Below are positions 39,043-49,324 of a DNA stretch of 64,000 nt, in pieces. The DNA is from Candidatus Auribacterota bacterium (GTDB lineage: Bacteria > Auribacterota > Tritonobacteria > UBA1439). The notes beneath the pieces were generated by a model, which was not told where the DNA came from, searched no databases, and saw nothing but the letters and a program-made list of their open reading frames with translations. Numbering within the stretch: position 1 is the stretch's first letter; every line of letters begins with the position of its first letter. The stretch spans positions 1,546 through 65,545 of the forward strand of contig JAPLCW010000185.1 of NCBI GenBank assembly GCA_026392015.1. Reading direction: 5' to 3'. The position numbers were made by a program, and so were the translations under genes.

Positions 39043-40968
39043 ATGGCTGCGCAACTCAACAACGACAACGGCGGGGGGAATAAACGATGCGTCTCTCTGG
39101 GCCCGTTCCTATGCATCGCCGTCTGTGCACACCTCTTCCTCGCGCTCCATAACTATTGCGGCGTCGACGGGGCCAACTTCTTCAGCTACTACAGCCAGTA
39201 CGCGTTCGGCCTCTCCGGGGGGCGCTGCAACTATTTCAGCGCGTCGTTTAGCGCGCTCGCCGTGCCGCACGTGATCTCCTGTCTCCTGCGCGTCCCCCTT
39301 GTCGCGTGCGCCAAGTTCCTCCAGTCGGTCTTCTGGATCTGGTGCTCATATCTCGTCGTCACGATGTTGCCGAAACACGCGCGCGGGGGGAGAGTGCGGT
39401 GGTTCCTTTTTCTCGCGCTCAATCCCGTCGCGATCTTCAATATCCACTACCACGTCCAATACGATGCGCTGGCGCTCTTCCTCATGGTGGCGGGGCTCGA
39501 CTGCTACAGGCGTAAGGGCGCCGCGGCGCGGCTGCTCGCCGGGCTCTGTTGGGCGCTGGCCGTGAGCGTGAAGACATATCCCGCGCTCCTCCTTCCGCTC
39601 TTTCTTTTTGACCGGAGAGAGCCCGTGAGGGGAAAGGCGCTCTTCTACTGCTCTTTACTTCTTTTTTTCCTGATCCCCGAGATACCATGGATCTGCCGTG
39701 TCGGCTGGTCGCAAACATTCCTGCCGGCCCTCGGCTACCAGGGTTTCCACCGGTTCGGCCTGTACCTCCTGACCGGGGCCTCCGGTGAGGGATGGGCGGG
39801 GAAGGCAAGCGCTCTCACGGACAGCGCCATGCCGGCGCTCGCCGCCGTAGTACTGATCCTGGTCGGAACGCTCATCCGGAGGGGGAGGGCGTCTCTCTTC
39901 CAGGGCATCGGACTTTTCCTCGCCCTCCTCCTGTTGGTCTCCACGAGGAATGCGCCGCAATATTTTATCTTCGTCATCCCGTTCCTCATTCTTTTCAGAA
40001 GCAGGGGCGCGCTGGTATTTGCCAATGCGGCGTATGCGGTTATCCTCGCCTTCTTCTATCTCCTCGACAAGGAGATGAGCGGGAGTTACTGTCTTTTGAA
40101 CTGTCTCCATGCCGTTTCCATCGGCGGCGGAGCCCTGGCATTCTGGGGAAGGCTCTCCCCATGGATCTCCCGGTACGTATGGGGATGCGCCTTCATAATC
40201 GCATCCGGCGTTTTCTCATGGGCATACTGGCCTGCCCGCGGTGAGGTTAAAGATGATCCTGTCCCCGCGGCGTCAAGGGGGAAGAAGTCCACCGCCCCTC
40301 TCTGGATTGTTCTCTCCGCGCTCTGGGGACTCTCGCTCTTGAGCGCGCATTTTCGCGGGAATCCGTTCTCCATGCCGCCCAACGGGCTCCCCGATATTCT
40401 CAACTGCAACACCGTGCTCGAACCGGCCTCGACCCTCGCCTGGTACGGGAGCCGCGGCGAGTACGAACTGAGGTTCACAGGTCTCTCGCCGGGCGACGCG
40501 GTTCTTGTCTCGGGTGATTCATACTTCCGGGTCAGGATCGGGGACCGTACCATCGGGCCGTTCCGGGGCGACGGGAACAAACTCTACAGTTTCTGGTGGG
40601 GGATATCGTATTCCCTCTCCTATGACGATCTGGAGAAGAACAACTTCCTCGTCGGGGTCACCAACCAACTCTGCTCGATCCGCGGCGAGAATACGGTGAT
40701 GGCGAGGCTCGGCGGGAACGGGAGAGACTGGATCCCCAACGGCCACGGCCTGGAGGGGAAGGTCCAGGTGATGCGATGCGCCCTCAATGGGGTGCCCTGC
40801 GATGTGACGCAGGGGGAACGCCTGGGATGGCAGGATACCGGGTGGCTTACTCTGAGCCCGAGCATCGTCCCCGCGGGAGGGCATTCGGCAGTCAATATCT
40901 TCACTATTCTGCTGGCGTACCTCGTGGTATTCTTTAGCATCGTAACTCCTCGGCTGGATGTATCTTAA
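39043..40968 (+). CDS. GT87/PIG-M-like (DUF2029-like) GT-C glycosyltransferase with soluble C-terminal domain
   Basis: LNPVAIF..HVQYDAL, VKTYPALLLP, APQYF motifs. Confidence 0.7.
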   Translation: MAAQLNNDNGGGNKRCVSLGPFLCIAVCAHLFLALHNYCGVDGANFFSYYSQYAFGLSGGRCNYFSASFSALAVPHVISCLLRVPLVACAKFLQSVFWIWCSYLVVTMLPKHARGGRVRWFLFLALNPVAIFNIHYHVQYDALALFLMVAGLDCYRRKGAAARLLAGLCWALAVSVKTYPALLLPLFLFDRREPVRGKALFYCSLLLFFLIPEIPWICRVGWSQTFLPALGYQGFHRFGLYLLTGASGEGWAGKASALTDSAMPALAAVVLILVGTLIRRGRASLFQGIGLFLALLLLVSTRNAPQYFIFVIPFLILFRSRGALVFANAAYAVILAFFYLLDKEMSGSYCLLNCLHAVSIGGGALAFWGRLSPWISRYVWGCAFIIASGVFSWAYWPARGEVKDDPVPAASRGKKSTAPLWIVLSALWGLSLLSAHFRGNPFSMPPNGLPDILNCNTVLEPASTLAWYGSRGEYELRFTGLSPGDAVLVSGDSYFRVRIGDRTIGPFRGDGNKLYSFWWGISYSLSYDDLEKNNFLVGVTNQLCSIRGENTVMARLGGNGRDWIPNGHGLEGKVQVMRCALNGVPCDVTQGERLGWQDTGWLTLSPSIVPAGGHSAVNIFTILLAYLVVFFSIVTPRLDVS

Positions 40969-41036
40969 GGGGCAGAGGCTATAATTCAGTGCCATTCAGG
41001 ACGCAGATGAACGCAGAACACGCAGATATAATAAGA

Positions 41037-41138
41037 GGTTCTCTTCCATTTTGTGTGGGCAAATATACTTTTACTCTCCCCCTGTGAAGGGGGAGGGAAT
41101 AGGTAGGTAAAGTAATTCACACTAAACGAAAGAGACCC
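41037..41138. mobile_element. Degenerate copy of the 38275 MITE nested in a GGACGCAGAT element
   Basis: ggttctcttccattttgtgtggg...cacactaaacgaaagagaccc. Confidence 0.65.
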
Positions 41139-41292
41139 TAAAAGATTCTAGTAATAATGATCAAGGACGGATGCCGCTTTCTTGTTTATCTGCGCAAATC
41201 TGCGTCCAACCTTTCCAGGACACAGGTGAACGCAGAACACGCAGATACAAAGCTAATCTGCGCTGTCTGTGTACTAATGTAACGGAGATGGC

Positions 41293-43323
41293 TTGATGAA
41301 TAGCCGGAATACTGACACTTTGCATCTCACGGCACTCGTGCTCCTGCTCGTGTTCGCCTACGCGTATTTTCTGCCGCCATCCTCGCCCGAGAAATTCGGA
41401 ACGAACAACAGCGTGCGTTTCTACCTCACCAAGAGTCTTACGCTCGATGGGAGCTTTACCATTGAAAAATATTACCGGGGCGGCATAGACGCGGCGCTCT
41501 ATAACGGACACTACTATTCCGGCAAGGCCCCCGCAGCATCCTTCCTCGCGGTGCCCGTCTTCTGGCTTGTCTGGCATGTTGCGGATGATGCGATTCCTGA
41601 GTGGCTCTACCTGTACCTTGTCCAGCTTGTGGTTATCTCTCTCCCGAGCGTTCTGCTTGCCCTTTTGCTCCACGGCTTTCTTGTGCGGATCGGCGCGCCA
41701 TGCCGCGTTGCGGATCTTCTTGTCGTCGGCTACAGCCTGGGCACCATGGCATTCCCCTACAGCACACAGTTCATGGGACACCAGATTGCCGCGGTCTTTC
41801 TCTTCGGGTGTTTTACGAGTCTGTTGAGATGGCGAGAATACGAGACGGCGAGTGGACGAAACGGAGAGCCGGAGAGCCGGAGAGCCGGCGACCATCGAAA
41901 CTCTGAATCGCCGACTCGCCCCACCGCCCCATCGCCCACTCGTACTTTCCCCCCGCTGCTGCTGGCGGGCCTCTTCGCCGGCCTCGCCGTCGCAGCCGAC
42001 TACCAGGTGGCGCTCGTGGTGTGCATACTGGTGCTCTTCACGATATTCTCTTTTCGCCGTCTTGGGGCGGTGTTCCTGTTTGCGCTCGGCTGCATCCCCG
42101 GCGTTATTTTTATTCTGTTGTATAATTACGCTTCTTTCGGCGATCCGCTCAGTTTCCCCTATGCGCATGAAGCGATGCCGATCGCGAGGGAAGTCCAGTC
42201 AAAGGGCCTCTTTGGTGTGAAGCTGCCGCAGCTGGTGCCGCTCCTGATGCTGCTGTTCAGTCCGTGGAGGGGGCTGTTCTTTGTCTCGCCTTTTCTTCTG
42301 CTCTCGATTCCCGGCCTTTATTGTCTCGCAACACAACCTCAGGAGAGCGGCGATTTCTGTCGAGGGGCTGGCGTGAGCGGGAAACGGCTCTTTTGGATCT
42401 GCGGCCTTGCGGTGGCGGGGTATCTGCTCTTCAACTCATCATACACGGCATGGTCGGGCGGTTCAGGATATGGGCCGAGGTTCCTCGTGCCCATCCTCCC
42501 GTTCGCGGTGATCCCGATTTTGGCGGTCATGGGATCAGGCTCGAAGAGGTACTACTGGCTGCTCGTGCTGCTTGTTCTCTATTCGGTTGCATTCCAATGC
42601 GTGGGTACCGCAGGCGGCCCTCTCGCGCATGAGTATATCCGGAATCCCGTGAGGGAGTTCCTGTTGCCCTATGTGCTGAGAGGGAACGTCAGGCCGAACT
42701 GGTGCACGCTCGCGGGGTTCAGGGCGGGGCCAAGCATGGTGCTGTTCGCCGCTCTCCTGGCGTCGGGGATTACACTTTTTATCGCAACGGGGAGGAGGGG
42801 CTCCAGCGGAATGGCGCGGCGCGCCGGGATGGGGGAGAAACTTTTATGGTGGCTCTGCCTGTTGGGGGCGCTGGCGATGGGGCTCCTCTTCATCTTTCAC
42901 AGGACTGAGGAGACCGCATACAGATATGCGGTGATAGGACACAGCTATGACTGGTCGGGGGACCCCGAGGCTGCAATCCCCTGCTTTGAAAAATCGCTCC
43001 AGATGGATCCCGGCAACCCGCTTGTGCTCAATGACCTCACCCTGATCCTCGCCGAGAGGGGGTCCTATGAGAGGGCGCTGGCGGTCAATCTGCGCGCCCT
43101 TGCCGTGCGGCAGGGGGACCCGGAGATTCGGGCACGCGCCGATCTGCTTTCTCGAATTGTGGATATTTCGAATGCGATAGACGCTCCCCCTCGACGGAAA
43201 GAGCTCCTGAGAGAGCGCGCCGCACTCCTCGAGAAACTCGGCTGCCCCGCTGCGGCGCAAAGAGACCGGGAAGAGGCTGAGAGAGGGGAGGCAAATACGG
43301 GGGCAATGACAAATAGCAAATGA
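41293..43323 (+). CDS. GT-C-like membrane protein with C-terminal TPR
   Basis: YYSGKAP, FPYST, SPWRGLFFVSP, WSGGSGYGPRFL motifs; TPR tail. Confidence 0.8.
   Translation: MMNSRNTDTLHLTALVLLLVFAYAYFLPPSSPEKFGTNNSVRFYLTKSLTLDGSFTIEKYYRGGIDAALYNGHYYSGKAPAASFLAVPVFWLVWHVADDAIPEWLYLYLVQLVVISLPSVLLALLLHGFLVRIGAPCRVADLLVVGYSLGTMAFPYSTQFMGHQIAAVFLFGCFTSLLRWREYETASGRNGEPESRRAGDHRNSESPTRPTAPSPTRTFPPLLLAGLFAGLAVAADYQVALVVCILVLFTIFSFRRLGAVFLFALGCIPGVIFILLYNYASFGDPLSFPYAHEAMPIAREVQSKGLFGVKLPQLVPLLMLLFSPWRGLFFVSPFLLLSIPGLYCLATQPQESGDFCRGAGVSGKRLFWICGLAVAGYLLFNSSYTAWSGGSGYGPRFLVPILPFAVIPILAVMGSGSKRYYWLLVLLVLYSVAFQCVGTAGGPLAHEYIRNPVREFLLPYVLRGNVRPNWCTLAGFRAGPSMVLFAALLASGITLFIATGRRGSSGMARRAGMGEKLLWWLCLLGALAMGLLFIFHRTEETAYRYAVIGHSYDWSGDPEAAIPCFEKSLQMDPGNPLVLNDLTLILAERGSYERALAVNLRALAVRQGDPEIRARADLLSRIVDISNAIDAPPRRKELLRERAALLEKLGCPAAAQRDREEAERGEANTGAMTNSK
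41845..41943. repeat. 8-nt periodic palindromic element inserted in-frame in CDS
   Basis: acggcgag-tggacgaa-acggagag-ccggagag-ccggagag-ccggcgac ... tcgccgac-tcgcccca-ccgcccca-tcgcccac. Confidence 0.7.
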
Positions 43324-43589
43324 CAAATGACAAAACAGATTTATAGTACGTTGTGCCAATGGGAAGTTATGTTATCTCAGTGTGGATGAATGAATAAGAT
43401 CAAAATTTTTTCTGCATTTGCGGAATAATCCGCGTAATCGGCGAAATCCACGGTTAAAAACATATAACCACTGAGGCCACTGAGATCTCTGAGATAGTGT
43501 TTCAGTGCCTTCAGTGTTCTCAGTGGTTAATAACTTTTATTCTGTCATTTGGATTTTGTCATTTATCATTCGTCTGTAGGGAGGGATCG

Positions 43590-45359
43590 ATGAAGGGTTT
43601 TGCAACATCCAGGAAAAATATTCCGGTATCCAAGAAAGGGCAAGTTCCATCCCGGGGACAGTACGCGGGGGGGCATCGGCTTGCGCTTTCCATATTTTCT
43701 GTGGTGGCGCTGCTTTTCTGGTTGCCCGTGGCGGCGCATATGGACTACTGGGGAAGCGACATGTGGCATAGGGCCTTCATGCTGGCGGGGGCCGCCCGAA
43801 AGACGATTCTCCAGTACTGGCAGATCCCGTACTGGAATCCCTACATGTCGGGAGGGGCGCCGCTCCTCGCGAATCCCGCCTCCTCCTTTCTCTCCCCGAC
43901 GTTCATCCTCGTCCTCGTCGCCGGTGTTGTCACCGGGCTCAAGCTGAGGATACTGCTCGCGCTCTGGATCGGACTGTGCGGGGGATATTTCCTCGGCCGA
44001 AAGATCGCCCCGGGGCGTTTCGCGCCGTACCTCTGTTCTTTTGTATTCATGCTCGGCAGCTGGTATCCGCTCTACATGTCGCGCTGGCACGACGAGTTCA
44101 TCCCTTTTGTATATTTGCCGTGGCTCCTCCTCTTCCTCTGCTTGGGCGCCGAGAGACGGCGATGGTGCGCCGCCGGCGGCCTCACCCTCGCTCTCATGTT
44201 CTTCGAGGGAGGGGTGTACCCGGTGCCCTATGCGGTGCTCTTCATCGTGTTCTATGCGATCCTCCAGTCGATTCGGGAGCGGAACCGAAGATTTCTCACG
44301 AGCCTTTTGCGCGTGCTTATTCTCGGGCTTCTCGTCAGCGGGATCAAGCTGCTCCCGGCCATTGTTCTTCACCTGAAATATCCGCGCCCGACATTCTGGC
44401 AGGAGCCGGTCCTCCCGTTCGCGGCAATACCGAGGATGTTGTGGGGGGGAGACCAGTTGTCAGAGACGAATTTCAAGGGAGCGTGGCTTGGCTGGTGGGA
44501 ATACGGTATGTACGTGGGTATTCTCCCCTCCATCCTCGCCGGATTCGGCGCACTCGTTCTCTGGCGGCGCTCATGGACTGTGGGGCTCACCGGCCTGATA
44601 TTCGGGAGCCTCATATTCGGCGACTACGGCATCTTCTCCGCCTGGCACTGGATTCATAAATTGCCCGTCTTTTCGTCACTGCACGACCCTGTGCGGTTCC
44701 ACATCGTCGTCGTTTTTTGCATATCGATCCTCGCAGCGGAGGCGATCTCCTACATCGAGCAGAAGCGAGCGGGGCCCGGTCCGCGGATCGTGAATGCGGT
44801 GCTGCTGTTGTTCGTGGTGTGGACGGCCGTCGATTTCTGGCAGGTCTGCGGACCTTTGTACGCGCGCATATCAAGCACCCCGCCGCTTACGCCGAATAGA
44901 ACGGGTACGTTTCGCCAGGCCAAGTTGCCCAAGGCGGATCAGCAGGGGCCGCTTTCCTACCTGCTCTTCCTTCAAAACGAGGGGCTCGTGAACAACTATG
45001 AACCCCTCGAATTGCCCTCGGTGACGGTGAAGGCGTTCGATGAGCCGGGCTACATGGGCGAGGCATGGCTCGAGGGCTCGGAGGGGGAGTTTATGCTCAG
45101 GCAGTGGACCCCGAACCGGCTCTGCTTCCGTGTGAAGGTGGGGGACGGAGCGACGGTACTCGTCAATCAGCGCTACGACGAAGGCTGGCGTTTGCTGAAC
45201 GGGCAAGAGGTGATCTCCGTGCACGGGATCCTGGGGGTGCCTATCTCGCCGCCGGGGCGCACTCTCTGCATGGCATATCTTCCGCCGCTGTTTTACCCCG
45301 GCTGTATCCTCTCTATAATAGGCGCTTTTTACGCCACTCTCCTATGGCGGAGGAGATAA
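43590..45359 (+). CDS. YfhO-like GT-C membrane protein
   Basis: IPYWNPYMSGGAPLLANP, GIKLLP, HDPVRF, VNQRYDEGW; SD gggaggga before ATG 43590. Confidence 0.8.
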   Translation: MKGFATSRKNIPVSKKGQVPSRGQYAGGHRLALSIFSVVALLFWLPVAAHMDYWGSDMWHRAFMLAGAARKTILQYWQIPYWNPYMSGGAPLLANPASSFLSPTFILVLVAGVVTGLKLRILLALWIGLCGGYFLGRKIAPGRFAPYLCSFVFMLGSWYPLYMSRWHDEFIPFVYLPWLLLFLCLGAERRRWCAAGGLTLALMFFEGGVYPVPYAVLFIVFYAILQSIRERNRRFLTSLLRVLILGLLVSGIKLLPAIVLHLKYPRPTFWQEPVLPFAAIPRMLWGGDQLSETNFKGAWLGWWEYGMYVGILPSILAGFGALVLWRRSWTVGLTGLIFGSLIFGDYGIFSAWHWIHKLPVFSSLHDPVRFHIVVVFCISILAAEAISYIEQKRAGPGPRIVNAVLLLFVVWTAVDFWQVCGPLYARISSTPPLTPNRTGTFRQAKLPKADQQGPLSYLLFLQNEGLVNNYEPLELPSVTVKAFDEPGYMGEAWLEGSEGEFMLRQWTPNRLCFRVKVGDGATVLVNQRYDEGWRLLNGQEVISVHGILGVPISPPGRTLCMAYLPPLFYPGCILSIIGAFYATLLWRRR

Positions 45360-45470
45360 CGCGTCCTCCCAGCACTCCGGGTCACGCCGCGCAAGGACCG
45401 CAGCCAAATTTATCTGTGTGCATCGGTGTTCTATCTGTGTTTATCTCTGTCGGCAGACAGGGCAGGCAGG

Positions 45471-45720
45471 CGCGATATCCGCGTCCAAACATTAACTGCT
45501 GTTCGGGACGCAGATGAACGCAGATACACGCGTTAAATACCTGGGAATTTAAATAAATTGGGGAGCGGCTTTCAGCCGCGATCGAGCCCAGAAAGCCCTC
45601 CAACAATGACGATCGGGGCGAGGACGCCCCTCCCACAGTATGCTCTTATTTTGATAGATTGATAGCTCGATAGCTAAATTGCTTTCCCCCCCCTCCCACA
45701 ATTGAGAAGCCGGATTGAAA
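45471..45720. repeat. Inverted copy of 38686-38943 composite repeat
   Basis: Direct sequence comparison. Confidence 0.9.
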
Positions 45721-45833
45721 ATAAAGAGGTTGCATCAAAATTCTCTGTGATCTCTGTGCTCTCGGTGGCGAACATAAAAGTTGCGAAGACTAATCTACCC
45801 TCCCGGCACTCCCGGTCACGCCATCACGCGGGA

Positions 45834-47516
45834 TCAACGCGGGGCGGGGGTGCGGAAAACCATTTCATTGAGGACAAGCTGGCTGTTCCGGTAGACCGTC
45901 TTCGTTGCCGACGGGTCGAAGGTGAGCGCGCTCCTCGTTTTTCCGGTGTAGAATCCGAACTCCGCGGAGTCGATATAGAGCAGCCTCTTTATTTTTCCCT
46001 GGTTGACGAGGGCGCCGATGATGGCGGGATTGGAAATGAGGTGCGACGGGTATTGCCTTGAGTAGAGCTTCAGATACTGGTCGATCAAGCCAAAGACATG
46101 GGATTCGCGTTGCATCAGCATCGGCGAGAGAAAATAGGTTCCTTCCGTGAAGTAGCCGTCCGCCCTCTTCGCAAGGTCGTATATTCCACGGTGGTCGAAG
46201 TAGAAGTAGATCTTGTTGTAGTACGGCCAGGGCTTGGCGGACGGACGATAGGGGATGGAGTTGTTGGTAATCCCTATGAGGAGGCGCGTGCTCCTGATAT
46301 TCGAGCCCACGAGCACGCTGAAGAAGATCAGGAGGAAAGCGGACAGGCGAACGCCGGCGGGGCGCACACGCTCATCCTCGCCGCGCAACATCGAATCCCA
46401 GAAGATGCCGATGGTGAGAAAAACCGGAAGAGTGAACGAGTCCCAGCGTTCCACCACCCAGGAATCGTACAGGAACGAGTGTCCGGCATCGCACAGGAAG
46501 AGGGCGAAGAGGATTTTGACCATCCTGTTCGCGCGCATCGCGCATGCGGATACAAGGTAAAGGGTGAAAAAAGTGGCGATCACGATGGGACCGAGGATGT
46601 CTCCGTCGTAGATATCCGTGTGGATCACCAGCTCCTGGAATGCATAGAGGCTGGAGCGGATCCCCGCGAGCACGAAGACCAGATGGTCGCTCAGGGCGGG
46701 GTGGGGGGGGGTCAGGAAAAATCTTCCCGGAACCCTGTGAAAAACCCAGAAATCGAGCTTGGAGGAAACCGGCTCCCCAGTGCTCTGCATCCAGTAAAGC
46801 AGGTACATGAGGCCGAAGGAGAGGAGCAAGCCCAGGAACCCCGCCGCGCCTACGGAGATCCTCTTTGTAGGGCGGGGAGGTTTCACCGCAACAAGCGCGA
46901 AAATTATCGGCAGGGCAACGATATTCTTGAGATGCGCGGCCATGCTGAATCCCGCCGCAATTCCCGCGAGGAAAGCCCAGCGCAGGCAATGCCGTTCGCG
47001 CAGCTCTCCCCTGATTGCGCCTGTGGCGATGAGGAGGACCGTGATGAAGACAAGGTTGAAGAAGTTGGCGAGAGGGTTGTCATCGCATGTGGTGATAAGC
47101 CACGAGTAGCCGAGCGTATAGAGCGGGACGATGCTGATCACGAGAATCACGAGGAGATTGCGCATCGTATTCCTGCCGATGAAGAAGAGGAGGGGCATGG
47201 TGAGGACGGCGCAGATCAGCGTGCATATCTTGAATCCCATCAGGTAATCCCACGCCCCGAACAACGAGTAGAGCTTCGTGATGAGGTAGACAAAAGAGAA
47301 CATGAAGAGGTGAAACTTGGTGAACCATCCCTTGATGGCGATGGCGTTGAGGAACGTCATCTCGTTCTTTAACGGGTTGAGATCGACCGCCCAGTTCATG
47401 GTGTCGAGGTCGATGCAGAAGTTGCTGAAGATGGTATAGGAGTAGACGCCGGCGGTGATCGCCATCGCAATGAGGATGGGGAGCGTCCGGGTGTGGGGCG
47501 ATTGTCTCTCATTCAT
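45834..47516 (-). CDS. Putative GT-C membrane protein
   Basis: Polytopic; acidic DLD loop after TM1; TCDDN; AGIAAGFSMAAH; VERW. Family not recognised precisely. Confidence 0.6.
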   Translation of the reverse strand: MNERQSPHTRTLPILIAMAITAGVYSYTIFSNFCIDLDTMNWAVDLNPLKNEMTFLNAIAIKGWFTKFHLFMFSFVYLITKLYSLFGAWDYLMGFKICTLICAVLTMPLLFFIGRNTMRNLLVILVISIVPLYTLGYSWLITTCDDNPLANFFNLVFITVLLIATGAIRGELRERHCLRWAFLAGIAAGFSMAAHLKNIVALPIIFALVAVKPPRPTKRISVGAAGFLGLLLSFGLMYLLYWMQSTGEPVSSKLDFWVFHRVPGRFFLTPPHPALSDHLVFVLAGIRSSLYAFQELVIHTDIYDGDILGPIVIATFFTLYLVSACAMRANRMVKILFALFLCDAGHSFLYDSWVVERWDSFTLPVFLTIGIFWDSMLRGEDERVRPAGVRLSAFLLIFFSVLVGSNIRSTRLLIGITNNSIPYRPSAKPWPYYNKIYFYFDHRGIYDLAKRADGYFTEGTYFLSPMLMQRESHVFGLIDQYLKLYSRQYPSHLISNPAIIGALVNQGKIKRLLYIDSAEFGFYTGKTRSALTFDPSATKTVYRNSQLVLNEMVFRTPAPR

Positions 47517-47712
47517 AGCATCACAACTATACACATTCGATTGTTTTTTGAGTAGGAAAAACCGCGACGGAAAATAATGGGGCAGTTTCACGGGGATATA
47601 ATAAATATCTGCACGTCTGGACAAAGTCAGCATGGCCCGGCCTGGATGAGGCATGACGGCGGGAAAAAACTACGACCATCATGGCCCGGATTGAGTATAA
47701 TAACTCCCCGGT

Positions 47713-49317
47713 ATGAAAAAGGCGATCGAGTGGTTCGCTCTTGCAGCCGTGATTGCGCTGGCGTGCGCGCTTCGTTATACGGATCCTTACTCCGTCGCAG
47801 ACCTGGCAATTGTGCCCGACTCGGCGCAATACGCCATCTCGGGGTATAATCTCGCGCACGGCAAGGGGCTGTGGCTCTATATCAATAGCGTGCGGCTGCC
47901 GCTCATGTACCCCTGCGGTTTCCCGTTGATTCTCGCTTTCTGGTACGGCCTCACCGGATCAGCGCTCTATCAGGCGATTTACGTCGTCCTGGCCTTCAGT
48001 CTCCTCTCCATCGTTCTGACCTGGCTTTTCGCCCGCGCTGCATTCGGTGCGCTCACGGCGTTCTTTTCCGCCCTCCTGCTCTGTGTCGACCCGCTCTACG
48101 TGGGCTACAGCCAGGTCTTCATCAGCGACATGGTTTCGAACGCGTTTATTCTCTCCGGCCTCTGGATGGGATGGCGCGCCTCCGTGCGCGATCGGAGAAG
48201 CACGTGGCTCTGGTTCTTTGCGGGGGTGAGCTGCGGTTACGCGGCGAGCGTGCACCTGCTCAGCGGAGTCACGATCATTCCTCTCTGCGCGGCCTGTCTC
48301 TTCGGGGTGCGGCGGGGATGGCGCGAGCTGCTCTTCTCTCTTGTTCTTGTGTCGCTCGGTTTCCTCGTCGGACTCGCGCCGACGCTCGTGTACAACCAGA
48401 TCGCGTTCGGAAACATTCTCACCACAGGCTATTCCTACTGGCCGCGGTGGGGGGAGGGACAGAGTAATTTCTCGCTTCATTACGCGCTGAGGAATACCGC
48501 GGTCTCGGAGCGAGGGGATCAGCGCGGGAATATCGTCTACTATCTCTGGCATTTTTTCGGCCTGAGCTGGCCCAGCCTTTTTGCCCCGTATTTCCCCTCC
48601 GTCCTCCTTCTTGCGATTATCGGGGGGACGGCCTGCTTCAGGCGGAGCGAGGCTCGCGCCCGCCGCGCATTTTGCTCCATGACCATTTCGCTCGTCCTCG
48701 TCACCCTCGCGGTCCTCTTCTGCTACTCGTTCCAGATGGCGAAGTTTTTCCTCCCCCTTGTCCCGTTCGTGTGTATCCTCGCGAGTTACGGAATCACCGT
48801 TCTGTTCGCTGCGTGCGGGGGAAGCAGCGTGCACAACCGTCTCCTGCGCATTCCGGTGGTGGTCCTCCTGGCCGTCACCGCGTGGGGGTGCGGGAAGCCT
48901 TTTGTCGGAGGGGGAAATTCGGCTCGCGCCCCGACCTGGTGGTACGAGGGGCTTATACTTCTCGACGGGATCGCTCCTCAGGACGCGTTTCTGATATCAG
49001 GGATTGACGGCGTCTACGTGACGCACTATTTCATCAGGGATACCCGGAGGACATATCTTCCGGTCTCGCGAGAGGTGGAGTATGTGAAGCAGCGCGGCCT
49101 GCCGCTCAAGGTCGCAACAGAAAATATCGCCTACCTGAACAATCTTCTCCGCCATGGCAAGAAGGTGTATATGGATGGTTTCACCTACGCCTGGTGGACG
49201 CAGCAGCGCGCCCTCCTGGAGAGGCAGTTCAGTTTTGTGCCGGTGGCTTCCTATTATGGAGGCTCCCTCGGATTATATGAATTGAGAGCGCGGGCGGAGG
49301 TCCCCGGGCGAGGATAG
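47713..49317 (+). CDS. ArnT/PMT-like GT-C glycosyltransferase
   Basis: VPDSAQYA, YPCGFPLIL, ISD, YNQIAFGNILTTGY motifs. Confidence 0.8.
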   Translation: MKKAIEWFALAAVIALACALRYTDPYSVADLAIVPDSAQYAISGYNLAHGKGLWLYINSVRLPLMYPCGFPLILAFWYGLTGSALYQAIYVVLAFSLLSIVLTWLFARAAFGALTAFFSALLLCVDPLYVGYSQVFISDMVSNAFILSGLWMGWRASVRDRRSTWLWFFAGVSCGYAASVHLLSGVTIIPLCAACLFGVRRGWRELLFSLVLVSLGFLVGLAPTLVYNQIAFGNILTTGYSYWPRWGEGQSNFSLHYALRNTAVSERGDQRGNIVYYLWHFFGLSWPSLFAPYFPSVLLLAIIGGTACFRRSEARARRAFCSMTISLVLVTLAVLFCYSFQMAKFFLPLVPFVCILASYGITVLFAACGGSSVHNRLLRIPVVVLLAVTAWGCGKPFVGGGNSARAPTWWYEGLILLDGIAPQDAFLISGIDGVYVTHYFIRDTRRTYLPVSREVEYVKQRGLPLKVATENIAYLNNLLRHGKKVYMDGFTYAWWTQQRALLERQFSFVPVASYYGGSLGLYELRARAEVPGRG

Positions 49318-49324
49318 TTCCGAT

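Noticed and set aside
46098-47372. 424-aa plus-strand ORF (also long ORFs at 13435-14598, 29128-30117, 34063-35064, 41161-42168, 61016-61987)
   Set aside because: Antisense shadows of well-supported genes, expected in GC-rich DNA; no recognisable motifs.
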